Assembly (NCBI GenBank): GCA_963775425.1
Contig: CAVZJB010000005.1
Location: 352,001-416,000 of the forward strand
Direction: 5' to 3'
Source of the DNA: an uncultured delta proteobacterium
GTDB taxonomy: Bacteria; Myxococcota; UBA727; VGSZ01
Length of the DNA stretch: 64,000 bases
The position numbers and the translations under genes are program-made. Within the stretch, counting starts at the first letter, position 1. The number at the start of each line of letters is the position of its first letter. Below the pieces are notes generated by a model that did no database searches, had not been told where the DNA came from, and was given only the letters and a program-made list of their open reading frames with translations. Shown one piece after another: positions 18,449-28,251 of this stretch.

Positions 18449-19000
18449 ATGCATGCCCTCGTCGTCCTCGCGCTCCTCGCCTCCGCACCCGACGCAAGCG
18501 CCGATCGCTGTCCGCGGCCCGACGTCTCGAAGCCGCGCCCCTGGGGCGCGCGGAGCGCGCACGGCGTCACGGCCATCACCATCCGCAGGAGCGCGTGCTT
18601 CGGTACGTGCCCCGTGTACACGTACACGGTGCACGCGGGCGGCGCCGCCGAGTACGAGGGCAAGGCGCACGTCGACCACGTCGGCAGACGCACGGGGACG
18701 GCGCCGGTCACCCTCTTCAACGAGCTCGCCCGCTTCGCCGTCGACAGCGGCTTCATGTGCTTCAACGACGAGTACGCCGTGCCCGTCACCGACTTGCCGA
18801 GCGTGTTCGTCACGGTGACGCGAGACGGGGTGACCAAGACCGTGCGCAACTACGGCGGCGCCGGGCCGTCGGCGCTGTGGGCGTTGGCCGCGCTCGCCGA
18901 CGAGATGCTGCGCCAGACCCGCTTTGACGACGCGGGCGCGGCGCCGTCGCCGGCCTCGCCCCCGCCGCCGAAACTGCGCGTGCCGGCGACCCCCCGATAG
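18449..19000 (+). CDS. Secreted DUF6438-like protein
   Basis: Signal peptide; ITIRRSACFGTCPVYTYTV..G...YEG and TDLPS motif. Confidence 0.7.
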   Translation: MHALVVLALLASAPDASADRCPRPDVSKPRPWGARSAHGVTAITIRRSACFGTCPVYTYTVHAGGAAEYEGKAHVDHVGRRTGTAPVTLFNELARFAVDSGFMCFNDEYAVPVTDLPSVFVTVTRDGVTKTVRNYGGAGPSALWALAALADEMLRQTRFDDAGAAPSPASPPPPKLRVPATPR

Positions 19001-19010
19001 GGGCCGACGG

Positions 19011-20840
19011 TCACAGGCGCGCGGGGGCGGCGGCGGGCGCGGCGCTCTCGACGCCGGCTTCGGCCTTGAGGTCCTCCTCGACGGCCTTGAAGCCCTTCTT
19101 CTTCACGCGCACCTTGTACTTGCCGGCGTCGACGTTCTTGAAGCGGTACTGCCCGGACCTGGTGGACTGGACCTCCTGAACGACGTTGCCATCGTCGTCG
19201 ACGAGCTCGATGTCCGCGAACTGCGACGCGCCGCCCTCGGGGAGCTGCACGGAGCCGGTGACCTCGCCGTACTTCGAGCGGGCCACCTCGGCGCTCTCGT
19301 GGGAGAACACGACCTCCTTTTGGTCGCGCACGGCGCCCTTGTCGTCGAGGAGCGCCACCTGGGCGGTGTAGCGCCCGCTCTTGGCGCCCTCGAGCTGCCA
19401 CGACATCGCGCCGTTCTTCGACGCGAGCTCGGCGGTCTTCACGACCTTCTTCTTGTCGTCGAGCACGGTCACCCGCACCTTGGCCTTCATGGCGTCGGGC
19501 GCGAGGTCGCGGAAGCCGACCACGGTGGCACCGTCTTCGAAGTGGGTGCCCACCTCGTCGAGCCAGGCGTCGCCCGCGTAGACCTGCAGCCTCCGCGTGG
19601 TGGTCTGTCCGCCCGCTGTCTCGGCGACGACGTCGACGGTGTGCACGCCGCTGCGGAGCTTCTTGGCGTCGAGCTTGGTGGTCATCTCGGCGCCGCAGGC
19701 GGTGGTGAGCGGGACGTCGTCGACGACCACGGTGAGCTTCTTGACGCCGCCGCCGGCGTTGTCGGCGGCCTTGATGCCGAGCGTGGGATTGCCGTCGACG
19801 TGCGCGCCGTCCTCGAGGCCGGCGACGTCGATGGAGACGCGGTCCATGGAGACGAGGCCGAGCACGGCCCACATGGCCTCGGCCTTGCCGCTGCCGGAGG
19901 CGCCCCAGCTCCCGTCCTTGCCCTGGCGCTCGATGAGCCACGCGGTGCCGCGCCGCACGACGCGGTCGCCGTCGGACTTCCCGGCGAGCCGCAGCGCGTA
20001 GAGGGTCTGTCCGGTCATGAAGGGGTTGCTCGCCGGGGAGCCGTCGAAGCCGAAGCCGCCGTCGGCGTTCTCGCGCTTGGCGACGCTGCGCACGAGCTCG
20101 CCGACGAGCTTGTCGCCGCCGCCGGCGCCGGCGGACACGAGCCCGATGACGGCGTAGTTGGCGTCGTAGAGCGCCGGCAGGGGGCCGTCGCTCATGCGCG
20201 CGGCCTGGGTGCGCACCCAGCGTTCGGCCTTGCGAATGGGGACGAGCCAGCGGTTGTCGGCGGTGCGCTCGAACACCTGACGCCAGGTGACGATGGCCTG
20301 CACCGTCGCCTGCATCTTGCCGTTGGCGACGGGGAAGTTGGTGTAGTCGCCGTTCACCGAGCCGTCGGCCTGCTGAAACGGGAGCAGGCCCTCGGAGGTC
20401 TTTTCGAGCTCCTGGCGCAGCCGGGGCCCGATGCGCTCGTCGTAGTGGGCGAAGGCGGTGCCGCCGAAGCCCTTGGCCGGCTGAGAGAGCGAGCCGCCCT
20501 CGTAGGAGAAGCCGTTGGCCTGATGCACGCCGCCCCTGAGGTCGAGCATGCCCTTGACGATGGCGTCGAGGTCGGCGTCTTTGACGCGGAACTGGTGCGC
20601 GCGCCCGACGGTCATGGCCTCGAGCGTGACGCCCTGCACGTGGCAGCCGTAGCACTGATGATCCGCCTGCCAGGCCTGGGCGGCGCCGGCGAGGTAGTCG
20701 AGCCCCCGCTGGGCGGCCGCGCGGGCCTTGGGATCGCCCGTGAGCGTCGCCGCGGCGCGCTTGGCCGGCCGGGGGTCGGCGCACGCGGGCGCGGTGGGGG
20801 TGGTGGAGGCGAGGAGGGCGGTGAGGAGGAGCGGGGTCAT
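19011..20840 (-). CDS. Secreted prenyltransferase/squalene-cyclase-repeat protein with Ig-like and carboxypeptidase-regulatory-like C-terminal domains
   Basis: Signal peptide MTPLLLTALLAS; RGLDYL, CYGCH, QW-like repeats QQADGS, ENADGGF and WLIERQGKDGSW; C-terminal GQYRFKNVDAGKYKVRVKKKGF. Confidence 0.7.
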   Translation of the reverse strand: MTPLLLTALLASTTPTAPACADPRPAKRAAATLTGDPKARAAAQRGLDYLAGAAQAWQADHQCYGCHVQGVTLEAMTVGRAHQFRVKDADLDAIVKGMLDLRGGVHQANGFSYEGGSLSQPAKGFGGTAFAHYDERIGPRLRQELEKTSEGLLPFQQADGSVNGDYTNFPVANGKMQATVQAIVTWRQVFERTADNRWLVPIRKAERWVRTQAARMSDGPLPALYDANYAVIGLVSAGAGGGDKLVGELVRSVAKRENADGGFGFDGSPASNPFMTGQTLYALRLAGKSDGDRVVRRGTAWLIERQGKDGSWGASGSGKAEAMWAVLGLVSMDRVSIDVAGLEDGAHVDGNPTLGIKAADNAGGGVKKLTVVVDDVPLTTACGAEMTTKLDAKKLRSGVHTVDVVAETAGGQTTTRRLQVYAGDAWLDEVGTHFEDGATVVGFRDLAPDAMKAKVRVTVLDDKKKVVKTAELASKNGAMSWQLEGAKSGRYTAQVALLDDKGAVRDQKEVVFSHESAEVARSKYGEVTGSVQLPEGGASQFADIELVDDDGNVVQEVQSTRSGQYRFKNVDAGKYKVRVKKKGFKAVEEDLKAEAGVESAAPAAAPARL

Positions 20841-20879
20841 GCGCGCCTTCAACGGCCGGGCGCGGCGTTCGATCTGCCC

Positions 20880-20932
20880 GATCGGCGACCGGAGGGAGCG
20901 GCCGCGCTGATCGGCGACCGGAGCGCCGATCA
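20880..20932. repeat. 15-bp direct repeat pair, second copy inside a 9-bp-stem hairpin
   Basis: GATCGGCGACCGGAG at 20880-20894 and 20909-20923. TGATCGGCG/CGCCGATCA stem at 20908-20932. Confidence 0.6.
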
Positions 20933-21706
20933 GGACGGGCCGACGCCGTAGAGCGAGCGCGCCGCAGCGCTCGAGCGGTCGACGACGTCGGCGACGGCCT
21001 CGCCCCGCAGGCGCGCCACCTCGGCGGCGACGGCGGCGAGCGTGGCGAGGGGCACGTCGGGCGCGTCGGTCTCGAGGAGGCAGTCGGCTCCCGCGGCCGA
21101 AGCCGCCACGGCCCGCACCCGGGTGCGGCGCGGGTCGAGCACGGCGGCGCCGACGCTGACGAGGCCCCCGATCTTGCGCGCGGCCTCGGCGACCTCGAGG
21201 CTGCCGGAGAAGCCGTGCCAGACGAAGCGCACGCCGGCGCCGTCGAGCGCCGCGAGCACCCGTTGCGGCGCGCGCACGCCGTGGACGATGAGCGGAAGCC
21301 CGCGTGCGCGCGCGACGTCGATCTGCGCGCGAAAGGCGCGCTCTTGCACGTCGAGGGGCGGCAGGCCCCGCCGCGCATCAAGGCCGCACTCGCCGACGGC
21401 GACCACGCTCCCGGCGCGGGGCCCACGATCGGCTCCATCGAGCAGGCGCGCGAGGGCCGCGAGCTGCTTTTCGAGCCGCGCCTCGTCGACGCGCTCGGGG
21501 TGGATGCCGAACGCGCGGTGAACGCGCGGGCGGCCCGATTGGACCCGCTCGTCGTCGTGTGTCGCTGGCCCGCGCGTCCCGTTGCGAAGAGGATCGGTGC
21601 CGGCGCTGACGACGTCGGTGACGCCTGCGGTGGCGGCATCGGCGAGCGCGCGCGCCGCCTCCTCAGGCGACGCGTACAGCTCGAGGTGACAGAGCGCGTC
21701 GATCAA
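20930..21706 (-). CDS. tatD: TatD family hydrolase/DNase
   Basis: IDALCHL (first His of HxH replaced), GIHP, VGECGLD, IVHGVRA, WHGFSGS, LLETDAP. Confidence 0.85.
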   Translation of the reverse strand: MIDALCHLELYASPEEAARALADAATAGVTDVVSAGTDPLRNGTRGPATHDDERVQSGRPRVHRAFGIHPERVDEARLEKQLAALARLLDGADRGPRAGSVVAVGECGLDARRGLPPLDVQERAFRAQIDVARARGLPLIVHGVRAPQRVLAALDGAGVRFVWHGFSGSLEVAEAARKIGGLVSVGAAVLDPRRTRVRAVAASAAGADCLLETDAPDVPLATLAAVAAEVARLRGEAVADVVDRSSAAARSLYGVGPS

Positions 21707-21761
21707 GCCGGCGCGCGCGACAGGGGCGCGCCCGACGACGATCGCCCGGCGCGTCCCCGGG

Positions 21762-24110
21762 TCATCGGCGGCGACGGCGCAGCAGGGCGAAGAGCGCGAG
21801 CCCGCCGAGGGCGAAGACCGCGTCGTTCGTCGTCGTCGCGCCGCAGTGGCAGCCGGCGGCGGCCGCGGCCGGAGTCGCGGCGCCGGGCGTGCACTCGAAG
21901 CTGATGTCGTACGGCGCGCCGCCGCCCGACGGCGCGACGTGCACGAGGACGTCGCCCTCGCTAAGGCCCGTGGCGCTCACGTCGGTGCTCGCGTCCGACA
22001 GCGCGCTGCCGTCCGCGCCGAGGATCTCCGCCGACGCCGCGTCGGTGCGCAGCGTGACGTGGAGCGTGTCGTTCTTGCGCACGCCGACGACGTAGAAGTC
22101 GTCGTCGAGCGCCACGAGGTCGTCGCGCTCCTGGCCGCAGAAGCTGCGGGTGGCGTTGTCCGGCGCGTTGTTCGGCTCGAGCGAGTCGTCGGTGCCGGGC
22201 GTCGGCGGCGTCTCGCCGTTTCCGCACGTCACCGCGAGGCGGTACGAGACGCTCGTCGCGCCCGACGTCGTCACCTGCGCGAGGACGTTCGGGCCCGGCG
22301 ACGTCACCGTCAGCTCGCCGTCGCCGAGCGCGTCGTCGCTGGAGTCGAGCACCGTGGTGCCGTCCGACGAGAACAGCGACAGCGACAGCGCGGAGCCGGC
22401 GGCGGCCGCGAGGCCCACCTGCACGTCGGTGCCCGCCGGCGCCTCCACCGTGTACCAGTCCTCGTCGCCGGGCGTGGCCACGATGTCGATGGCGGTGCCG
22501 CAGCGCGTGCCGAAGGCGCTCGCGGCGTCGTTGTTCGGCTCGGCGGCGTCGTTGTCGCCGGTGGGCGGATCCGTCGGCGGCGCCGGATCGGTGGTGAGCG
22601 TGATGCTGCGCTCGGGCGTGAGCGAGGTGTTGCCGGCGAGGTCGGTGGCGCGCACCTGGAACGCGCGCGCGCCGACGCCGACGTTCAAGTGCCAGGTGTA
22701 CGTGTTGCCCGTGACCTCGCAGGAGACGTTCGGGTCGCTGAGCGGGCAGCCGAAGGTGTCACCGGAGAACGTCCACAGGAGCTCCACCGCGGCGAGGCCG
22801 TTGTCGTCGGTGGCCTGCGCGCTCACCTCGATGGTGGAGTTGGCGAGGAGCTCGGCGCCGTCGGCGGGCGAGATCATGCTCACCACCGGCGGCGTGTTGT
22901 CGTTGGTGGGCGGCGTGGTGCTCGGGTTGCCGTCGGGGGTGAGGTGGATGGTGCGCTCGGCCGTGGTGGTGGTGTTGTTGCCGCCGTCCTTCACGCGCAC
23001 CGAGAAGGTGCGGTCACCTTCGCCGACGTTCAGCGTCCACGTCGACGTGTTGCCGTTGCGCGTGCACGACACGCCCGCCTGCGACGTGGGGCAGGGGAAG
23101 ATCTCGCCGTTGAAGTTCCAGATCAGGTCGGTGGCGGTGACGGTGCCGTTGTCGGAGGCGCTCGCGGTCACCGTGATCGTCGTGTCGCCCTGAAGCGTCG
23201 CGTCGCTCGCTGGCGCCGTGATCGACGCCGTGGGCGCCGTGACGTCGCTCGGATCGGGCGGCGTCACCGGGCCGGACGGGCCGAGCTTGTCGAGGAGCGT
23301 CTGCACGGAGTCCTGCGACGGCCGCCCGCAGTTGCACTGGCGCGCCTGGAACTCGCCGCACTGGACGGTCTGATCCTGGAAGGTCTTGTTGCCGCAGCCC
23401 GACAGGTACGTCATCGGATCCTGGCAGAGCAGCTCGTGGTCGAGCGAGAACGCGTGCGAGATCTCCTGCGCCGCCACCTCGCAGTTCAGCTCGGCGCTGT
23501 TCCCGAGGACGTCGGAGAAGATGTAGACGACGGCGCGCGGGATGATGTTGCACTGGAAGTTGTCGATGGGGGCGACGCCGCCCACGCCGTTCGGCAGGCC
23601 CACCTGGCCCGGCGTCCCGCCGAAGTGCGCCTCGACGTACTCACCGGCGGCGGGCTCCTGATCGGTGACGGTGACGTTGAACGCGGCGAACTGTTGCTGC
23701 ACGCAGGCCACCGTGGCGTTCCACGTGGCGTCGTTCCCCTGGAAGCCGCCCACCGTCGCCTGGCCGTTGCCGACGACGCTCGAGATGTTCTGCGCCGAGT
23801 TGTCGGCGCCGCCGGAGTACGTGATCTGCCGGCGCTCGAGGTAGACGGGCAGCGGCGCGCCGCCCTTGGTGAACAGCGCCTGCCAACCGGAGAGGCGGTC
23901 GCGCTCCTCGAGCGATTGGACGCCGCCGGAGACCTTCGCCTGCTCGAGCGGCACCTGAAGCATGATCGGCTTCGGCGCGACGTAGGGCTTGTGGCCCGGC
24001 TGAAGCGGCTGGCGCTCCGGTGCGGGCGCCGCCGCGTCCAGGTTCACGGCGGGGCCACAGGCCCCCGCACACGCGGCGAGGAGAAACACGGCGAGTTGCT
24101 TCGCGATCAT
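21762..24110 (-). CDS. Surface lipoprotein: metzincin-like domain, two Ig-like repeats, PPC-like domains, MYXO-CTERM
   Basis: ATG 24110 after GGAGG; lipobox AGAC; QEISHAFSLDH...DPMTY; D..PP.V...P repeats; EPNN motifs; tail GCHCG...FALLRRRRR. Confidence 0.8.
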   Translation of the reverse strand: MIAKQLAVFLLAACAGACGPAVNLDAAAPAPERQPLQPGHKPYVAPKPIMLQVPLEQAKVSGGVQSLEERDRLSGWQALFTKGGAPLPVYLERRQITYSGGADNSAQNISSVVGNGQATVGGFQGNDATWNATVACVQQQFAAFNVTVTDQEPAAGEYVEAHFGGTPGQVGLPNGVGGVAPIDNFQCNIIPRAVVYIFSDVLGNSAELNCEVAAQEISHAFSLDHELLCQDPMTYLSGCGNKTFQDQTVQCGEFQARQCNCGRPSQDSVQTLLDKLGPSGPVTPPDPSDVTAPTASITAPASDATLQGDTTITVTASASDNGTVTATDLIWNFNGEIFPCPTSQAGVSCTRNGNTSTWTLNVGEGDRTFSVRVKDGGNNTTTTAERTIHLTPDGNPSTTPPTNDNTPPVVSMISPADGAELLANSTIEVSAQATDDNGLAAVELLWTFSGDTFGCPLSDPNVSCEVTGNTYTWHLNVGVGARAFQVRATDLAGNTSLTPERSITLTTDPAPPTDPPTGDNDAAEPNNDAASAFGTRCGTAIDIVATPGDEDWYTVEAPAGTDVQVGLAAAAGSALSLSLFSSDGTTVLDSSDDALGDGELTVTSPGPNVLAQVTTSGATSVSYRLAVTCGNGETPPTPGTDDSLEPNNAPDNATRSFCGQERDDLVALDDDFYVVGVRKNDTLHVTLRTDAASAEILGADGSALSDASTDVSATGLSEGDVLVHVAPSGGGAPYDISFECTPGAATPAAAAAGCHCGATTTNDAVFALGGLALFALLRRRRR

Positions 24111-24224
24111 CAGTCCTCCACATTCCCCACGCGCATCGTCCGAAGTTTGGAGCCCGATGCGCATCGGGCAGGGTGAGGGTGCGTGTGTGCGTCGTCACCC
24201 CCCGCGGCACATGTGTGACCATGT

Positions 24225-25052
24225 ATGCATCGGGCCTTTGACGACGACGTCGGGCCTGATACCGATGACGTCGTGAAGGCGGTCGGCTGGGTCTTCGTGA
24301 ACACGCTCCAGGCGCTCTGGCTCGGCGCGTTCTCGCTCTTCTGCTTCTTCGTGGTGATGACCACGTACGCCATCACGTGGAACCCCGAGACGGCCATGTC
24401 CACGGCGCGGGTGTTCTACGGGCCCATCAACGTCGCCTTCGGCTTGTCCACGCTGGTGGTCGAGGGCGACGAGAACTTCCCGCGCGACCGCCCCTACATC
24501 CTGATGATGAACCACCAGTCCATGGCCGACATCATGGTTGCCTGGATGATCGCGCCCACGCCGGTGCGGTTCATCGCCAAGCACGTGCTGAGCTACGTCC
24601 CCGTCGTCGGCTGGGTCATGTGGATCTTCGGCATGGTCTCCATCGACCGCGGCGACGCCCACGCCGCCGCCAAGGCGTTGAAGAAGGCGGCCCGCGTGCT
24701 CGCCGGCGGCCGCACGCTGTGCGCGTTCCCGGAAGGCACGCGCACGCGCGACGGCAAGATCGGGCCCTTCAAGAAGGGCGTGTTCCTGCTGGCCATGAAG
24801 GCCAAGGTGCCCATCATCCCCGTCGCCGCGGAGGGCCTCGGTGTGTTCGCTCCGCGCACCGGCTGGCACCCGCGCCCGGTGACGATCCGCGTGAAGGTCG
24901 GCGCGCCCATCCCCACCGTCGACGAGACCGACCGCGCCGCCCTCATCAAGAAGGTGCGCGACGTGATGATCGACATGAACGTCTCCGCCGGCGGGCCGGG
25001 CGGCGACAAGGACCACGCCATCGCCGAGGCCAAGGCGCAGGCCGCCGCGTGA
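24225..25052 (+). CDS. plsC: 1-acyl-sn-glycerol-3-phosphate acyltransferase
   Basis: NHQSMAD, FIAK, IDR, FPEGTR, FKKG, PIIPV. Confidence 0.88.
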   Translation: MHRAFDDDVGPDTDDVVKAVGWVFVNTLQALWLGAFSLFCFFVVMTTYAITWNPETAMSTARVFYGPINVAFGLSTLVVEGDENFPRDRPYILMMNHQSMADIMVAWMIAPTPVRFIAKHVLSYVPVVGWVMWIFGMVSIDRGDAHAAAKALKKAARVLAGGRTLCAFPEGTRTRDGKIGPFKKGVFLLAMKAKVPIIPVAAEGLGVFAPRTGWHPRPVTIRVKVGAPIPTVDETDRAALIKKVRDVMIDMNVSAGGPGGDKDHAIAEAKAQAAA

Positions 25053-25104
25053 CGGGCTCCTGTTTCGGATGACCGGCCGCTCATGGGCATGGTAATCCCT
25101 GCTC

Positions 25105-25506
25105 ATGCGCGTCCTCGTGGTCGACGACGACAAGGACTTTCGTCACCTCGCTCAGCGCGCCCTCGAGGCGCGCGGCCACGAGGTCGAGACGCTGCCTTCG
25201 GCGTTCGGCCTGGTGAACCGCGTCGCCGGCGTCACCGGACCGTCACCGCAGATGGTGGTGCTCGACTGCGAGATGCCGGGGCTGTCGGGGTTCTCCGCCG
25301 TCGAGCTGCTCGCCAAGGATCGTCGCACGGCGCAGGTGCCGATCCTGCTCGTCAGCGCCGGTGACGGCGAGCAGCACAAGACCGCCAAGGCGGCGCACCC
25401 GCGCGCGTCGTTCTACAAGAAGGACGGCCGGATGAAGGTGTTCGTCGAGCAGCTCGAGCTGCACGCGCGGCAGATCGCCAGCGCCGACGCGCCCGCCAAG
25501 CCGTAG
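25105..25506 (+). CDS. Single-domain response regulator (receiver)
   Basis: MRVLVVDDD, VVLDCEMPGLSG, ILLVSA, FYKK. Confidence 0.88.
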   Translation: MRVLVVDDDKDFRHLAQRALEARGHEVETLPSAFGLVNRVAGVTGPSPQMVVLDCEMPGLSGFSAVELLAKDRRTAQVPILLVSAGDGEQHKTAKAAHPRASFYKKDGRMKVFVEQLELHARQIASADAPAKP

Positions 25507-25510
25507 CGGG

Positions 25511-26011
25511 CTACAGGGCCGCCAACACCTTCGGCGGCATCAACCACACGAGCTGGCCCCGGGTGCGCGGGAGGTCCTCGACGAGGAGCATCGCCGCGCC
25601 CGCCTTCTTCATCGATGTCACCGGTGCGCGCTCACCCGTGAGCGCGACCGCGATGACCTTGTCGACGTTGGGGGCGTGGCCGGCGCAGAGGATCTCTTCG
25701 TCGCTGGCGTGGAACGCGAACAACGCGTGGAAGATGGCGTAGGGCGCGGCCTCGGGCAGGAGCGCCTCGGTGATGGTGATCTTGCTGTCGGGGACGCCCA
25801 GGGCCTCGGCGGCCAGGGCGGCGGTCTCCTTGGCGCGCAGGTAGGGGCTCGTGAGGATGCGCGTGGGCGCGCAGCCCACGGCCTTGAGGCCCTTGCAAGC
25901 CTTGCGCGTCCTCTTCTTGCCCTCTTCGGTGAGCGCGCGCTCCGCGTCCACCGGGCAGTTGGGGTCGGCCCGATCGTGGGCGATGCCGTGGCGAAGGACG
26001 ATGACCTTCAC
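25511..26011 (-). CDS. sixA: Phosphohistidine phosphatase SixA
   Basis: VLRHGIA, ERALT..G, TSPYLRAKETA, AGHAP. GTG 26011 overlaps the ppk1 stop. Confidence 0.88.
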   Translation of the reverse strand: MKVIVLRHGIAHDRADPNCPVDAERALTEEGKKRTRKACKGLKAVGCAPTRILTSPYLRAKETAALAAEALGVPDSKITITEALLPEAAPYAIFHALFAFHASDEEILCAGHAPNVDKVIAVALTGERAPVTSMKKAGAAMLLVEDLPRTRGQLVWLMPPKVLAAL

Positions 26012-28185
26012 GTGAGCGTCGGCCGCGGGTTCAACGTGATGCGCCCGGTCTCCCCGCGCCAGGCCGCGGGTGTCTTGGGCTCGGCCGCGACGTGGGCGAT
26101 GTGCAGGAGCGCCGCCTGCGCGCGGATGGGGTTTTGGCCGTTGGCGTCGGCCCGCACCCAGGAGCCGTCGGGCATGAGGCGGCGCGAACGCTGGTTGTCG
26201 GCGAGGTAGGTGCCGATGACCTCGTCGAGGACGCGCTGCTTGATGGCCGGGTCCTCCACCGGGAAGAAGGCCTCGATGCGGCGAACGAAGTTGCGCGTCA
26301 TCCAGTCCGCGGAGGACAGGTACACCTCGGTGTTGCTGCCGGCGCCGAACACGAAGACACGGCTGTGCTCGAGGAAGCGGTCCACCACGCTGGTGACGCG
26401 GATGCGCTCGGAGACGCCGGGCACTCCCGGGCGCAACGAGCACATGCCGCGCACGATGAGGTCGATCTCCACGCCGGCGGTGGACGCCTCGTAGAGCGCC
26501 TTGACGACGACGGGGTCCACGAGCGCGTTCATCTTGGCGATGATGCGCGCTGGCTCACCCTTCTTGGCGCGCTCCGCCTCGCGGCCGATGAGGAAGAGGA
26601 CGCGGTCCTGCAGCGTGAGCGGCGCCACCGCCAACCGCTTCCACTTGGGCGCGTCGGAGAGGCCGGTGAGCATGTTGAAGAGGGCGCTGACGTCGTCGGC
26701 AATCTCGGGGCGTGCGGTGAACAGCGAGAGGTCGGTGTAGCTGCGCGCCGTCTGCGGGTTGTAGTTGCCGGTGCCGAGGTGGATGTAGCGGCGAATGGCG
26801 TTGCCCTCGCGGCGCACCACCAGGCACACCTTGGCGTGGGTCTTCAAGCCGATGAGGCCGTAGACGACGTGGACGCCGCTGTCTTCGAGGCGGCGCGCCC
26901 AGGCGATGTTGTTGGCTTCGTCGAAGCGCGCCTTGATCTCGACGAGCACCGCCACCTGCTTGCCGTTCTCCGCGGCACGGGAGAGCGCGCGCACGAAGGG
27001 CGAGTTCCACGAGGTGCGGTAGAGCGTCTGCTTGATGGCGAGGACGTTGGGGTCGTCGGCGGCCTCCTCGACGAAGCGCACCACCGGGTCGAACGACTCG
27101 TAGGGGTGGTGGAGCAGGACGTCCTTTTCGCGGATGACGTTGAAGACCGGGTTCTCGACGTCGCGAAACGCCAACGGCACCGCCGGCATCAGCGGCTCCA
27201 CGAACAGCTCGGGCCGCGCGTCGCCCTCGGCGAGCGCCATGAAGTCCTGGAGCTGCAGCGGGCCCGGCACGCGGTAGACCTCGTAGCTCTCGACGTTGAG
27301 CGCGCGCGAGAGCGTGCGCTCGAGCTCGTCGGACGCGCTCGCGGACAGCTCGATGCGCACCGCGGTGCCGCGGTCGCGGCGGCGCAGCTCTTCCTGGACG
27401 GCGGAGATGAGATCCTCGCTCTCCTCCTCGTCGATGGTGATGTCCCAGTTGCGCGTGACGCGAAAGAACGCGGGCTCGACGACGGTGAAGCCCGGGAACA
27501 GCTCCGCCGCCTGCAGCGCGATGAGCTCCTCGAGCGGCAGGTACGCGTTGCCCTCGCGCGACGGCAGCTTCACCAGGCGCGGGAGCACCGTGGGCATCTG
27601 CACCACGGCCACCGAGATCTCGGTGCCGATGTCGGTGGGCGGCTGCGTGGCCTGCTTGCGGCTGCGGCGCTGCTTGGCTTCCTTGCGGCGGAGGAACAGC
27701 GCCACGTTCAGCGACTTGTTGCGCAGGTGGGGAAACGGGTGCCCCGGGTCCACCGCCAGCGGTGTGAGCGCGGGGAAGACGGTGCTGGCGAAGTATTCGC
27801 GCGCGTGCGTGAGCTGCTCGGGGGAGAGGTCCGGGCCCGAGAGCACGCGGCCGCCGGCCTTCTCCGCCGCGTCCTTCATGATCTCGCGGTACACGCGGTA
27901 CTGCTCGGCGACGAGCGACTGCGCCTGCTCCGCGATGCGGAAGAGCTGCTCCTGCGGGAGCTTGCCGTCGTTGCTCTTCTCGAGGAGGCCGCCCTGCAAC
28001 TGTTGTTTCACGCCCGCAACGCGAACCATGAAGAATTCGTCGAGGTTGGAGGCGATGATGGTGAGGAACTTGAGTCGCTCGTAGACCGGCAGCGACTTGT
28101 CCTCGGCCTCCTCCAGCACGCGGCGCTGAAAGGCGAGCATGGACAGCTCGCGGTTGATGAACAGTGACGGGTCCTCGAACGCCAT
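26008..28185 (-). CDS. ppk1: Polyphosphate kinase 1
   Basis: NRELS, SNLDEFFMVRVAG, DVLLHHPYESF, IKQTLYRT, KARFDE, LKTHAK, GTGNYN, RFLEHSR, SSADWM. ATG at 28185. Confidence 0.97.
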   Translation of the reverse strand: MAFEDPSLFINRELSMLAFQRRVLEEAEDKSLPVYERLKFLTIIASNLDEFFMVRVAGVKQQLQGGLLEKSNDGKLPQEQLFRIAEQAQSLVAEQYRVYREIMKDAAEKAGGRVLSGPDLSPEQLTHAREYFASTVFPALTPLAVDPGHPFPHLRNKSLNVALFLRRKEAKQRRSRKQATQPPTDIGTEISVAVVQMPTVLPRLVKLPSREGNAYLPLEELIALQAAELFPGFTVVEPAFFRVTRNWDITIDEEESEDLISAVQEELRRRDRGTAVRIELSASASDELERTLSRALNVESYEVYRVPGPLQLQDFMALAEGDARPELFVEPLMPAVPLAFRDVENPVFNVIREKDVLLHHPYESFDPVVRFVEEAADDPNVLAIKQTLYRTSWNSPFVRALSRAAENGKQVAVLVEIKARFDEANNIAWARRLEDSGVHVVYGLIGLKTHAKVCLVVRREGNAIRRYIHLGTGNYNPQTARSYTDLSLFTARPEIADDVSALFNMLTGLSDAPKWKRLAVAPLTLQDRVLFLIGREAERAKKGEPARIIAKMNALVDPVVVKALYEASTAGVEIDLIVRGMCSLRPGVPGVSERIRVTSVVDRFLEHSRVFVFGAGSNTEVYLSSADWMTRNFVRRIEAFFPVEDPAIKQRVLDEVIGTYLADNQRSRRLMPDGSWVRADANGQNPIRAQAALLHIAHVAAEPKTPAAWRGETGRITLNPRPTLT

Positions 28186-28251
28186 GCGGGGTCTTCTAGA
28201 GTTATCTCGCCGCGCCCTGGCTGACAAAGCCTTCGAGCGCTAAGAGGCCGC

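Noticed and set aside
19011-20840. Squalene-hopene cyclase (shc)
   Set aside because: No DxDD motif, has a signal peptide and Ig-like domains, and no hopanoid genes are nearby.
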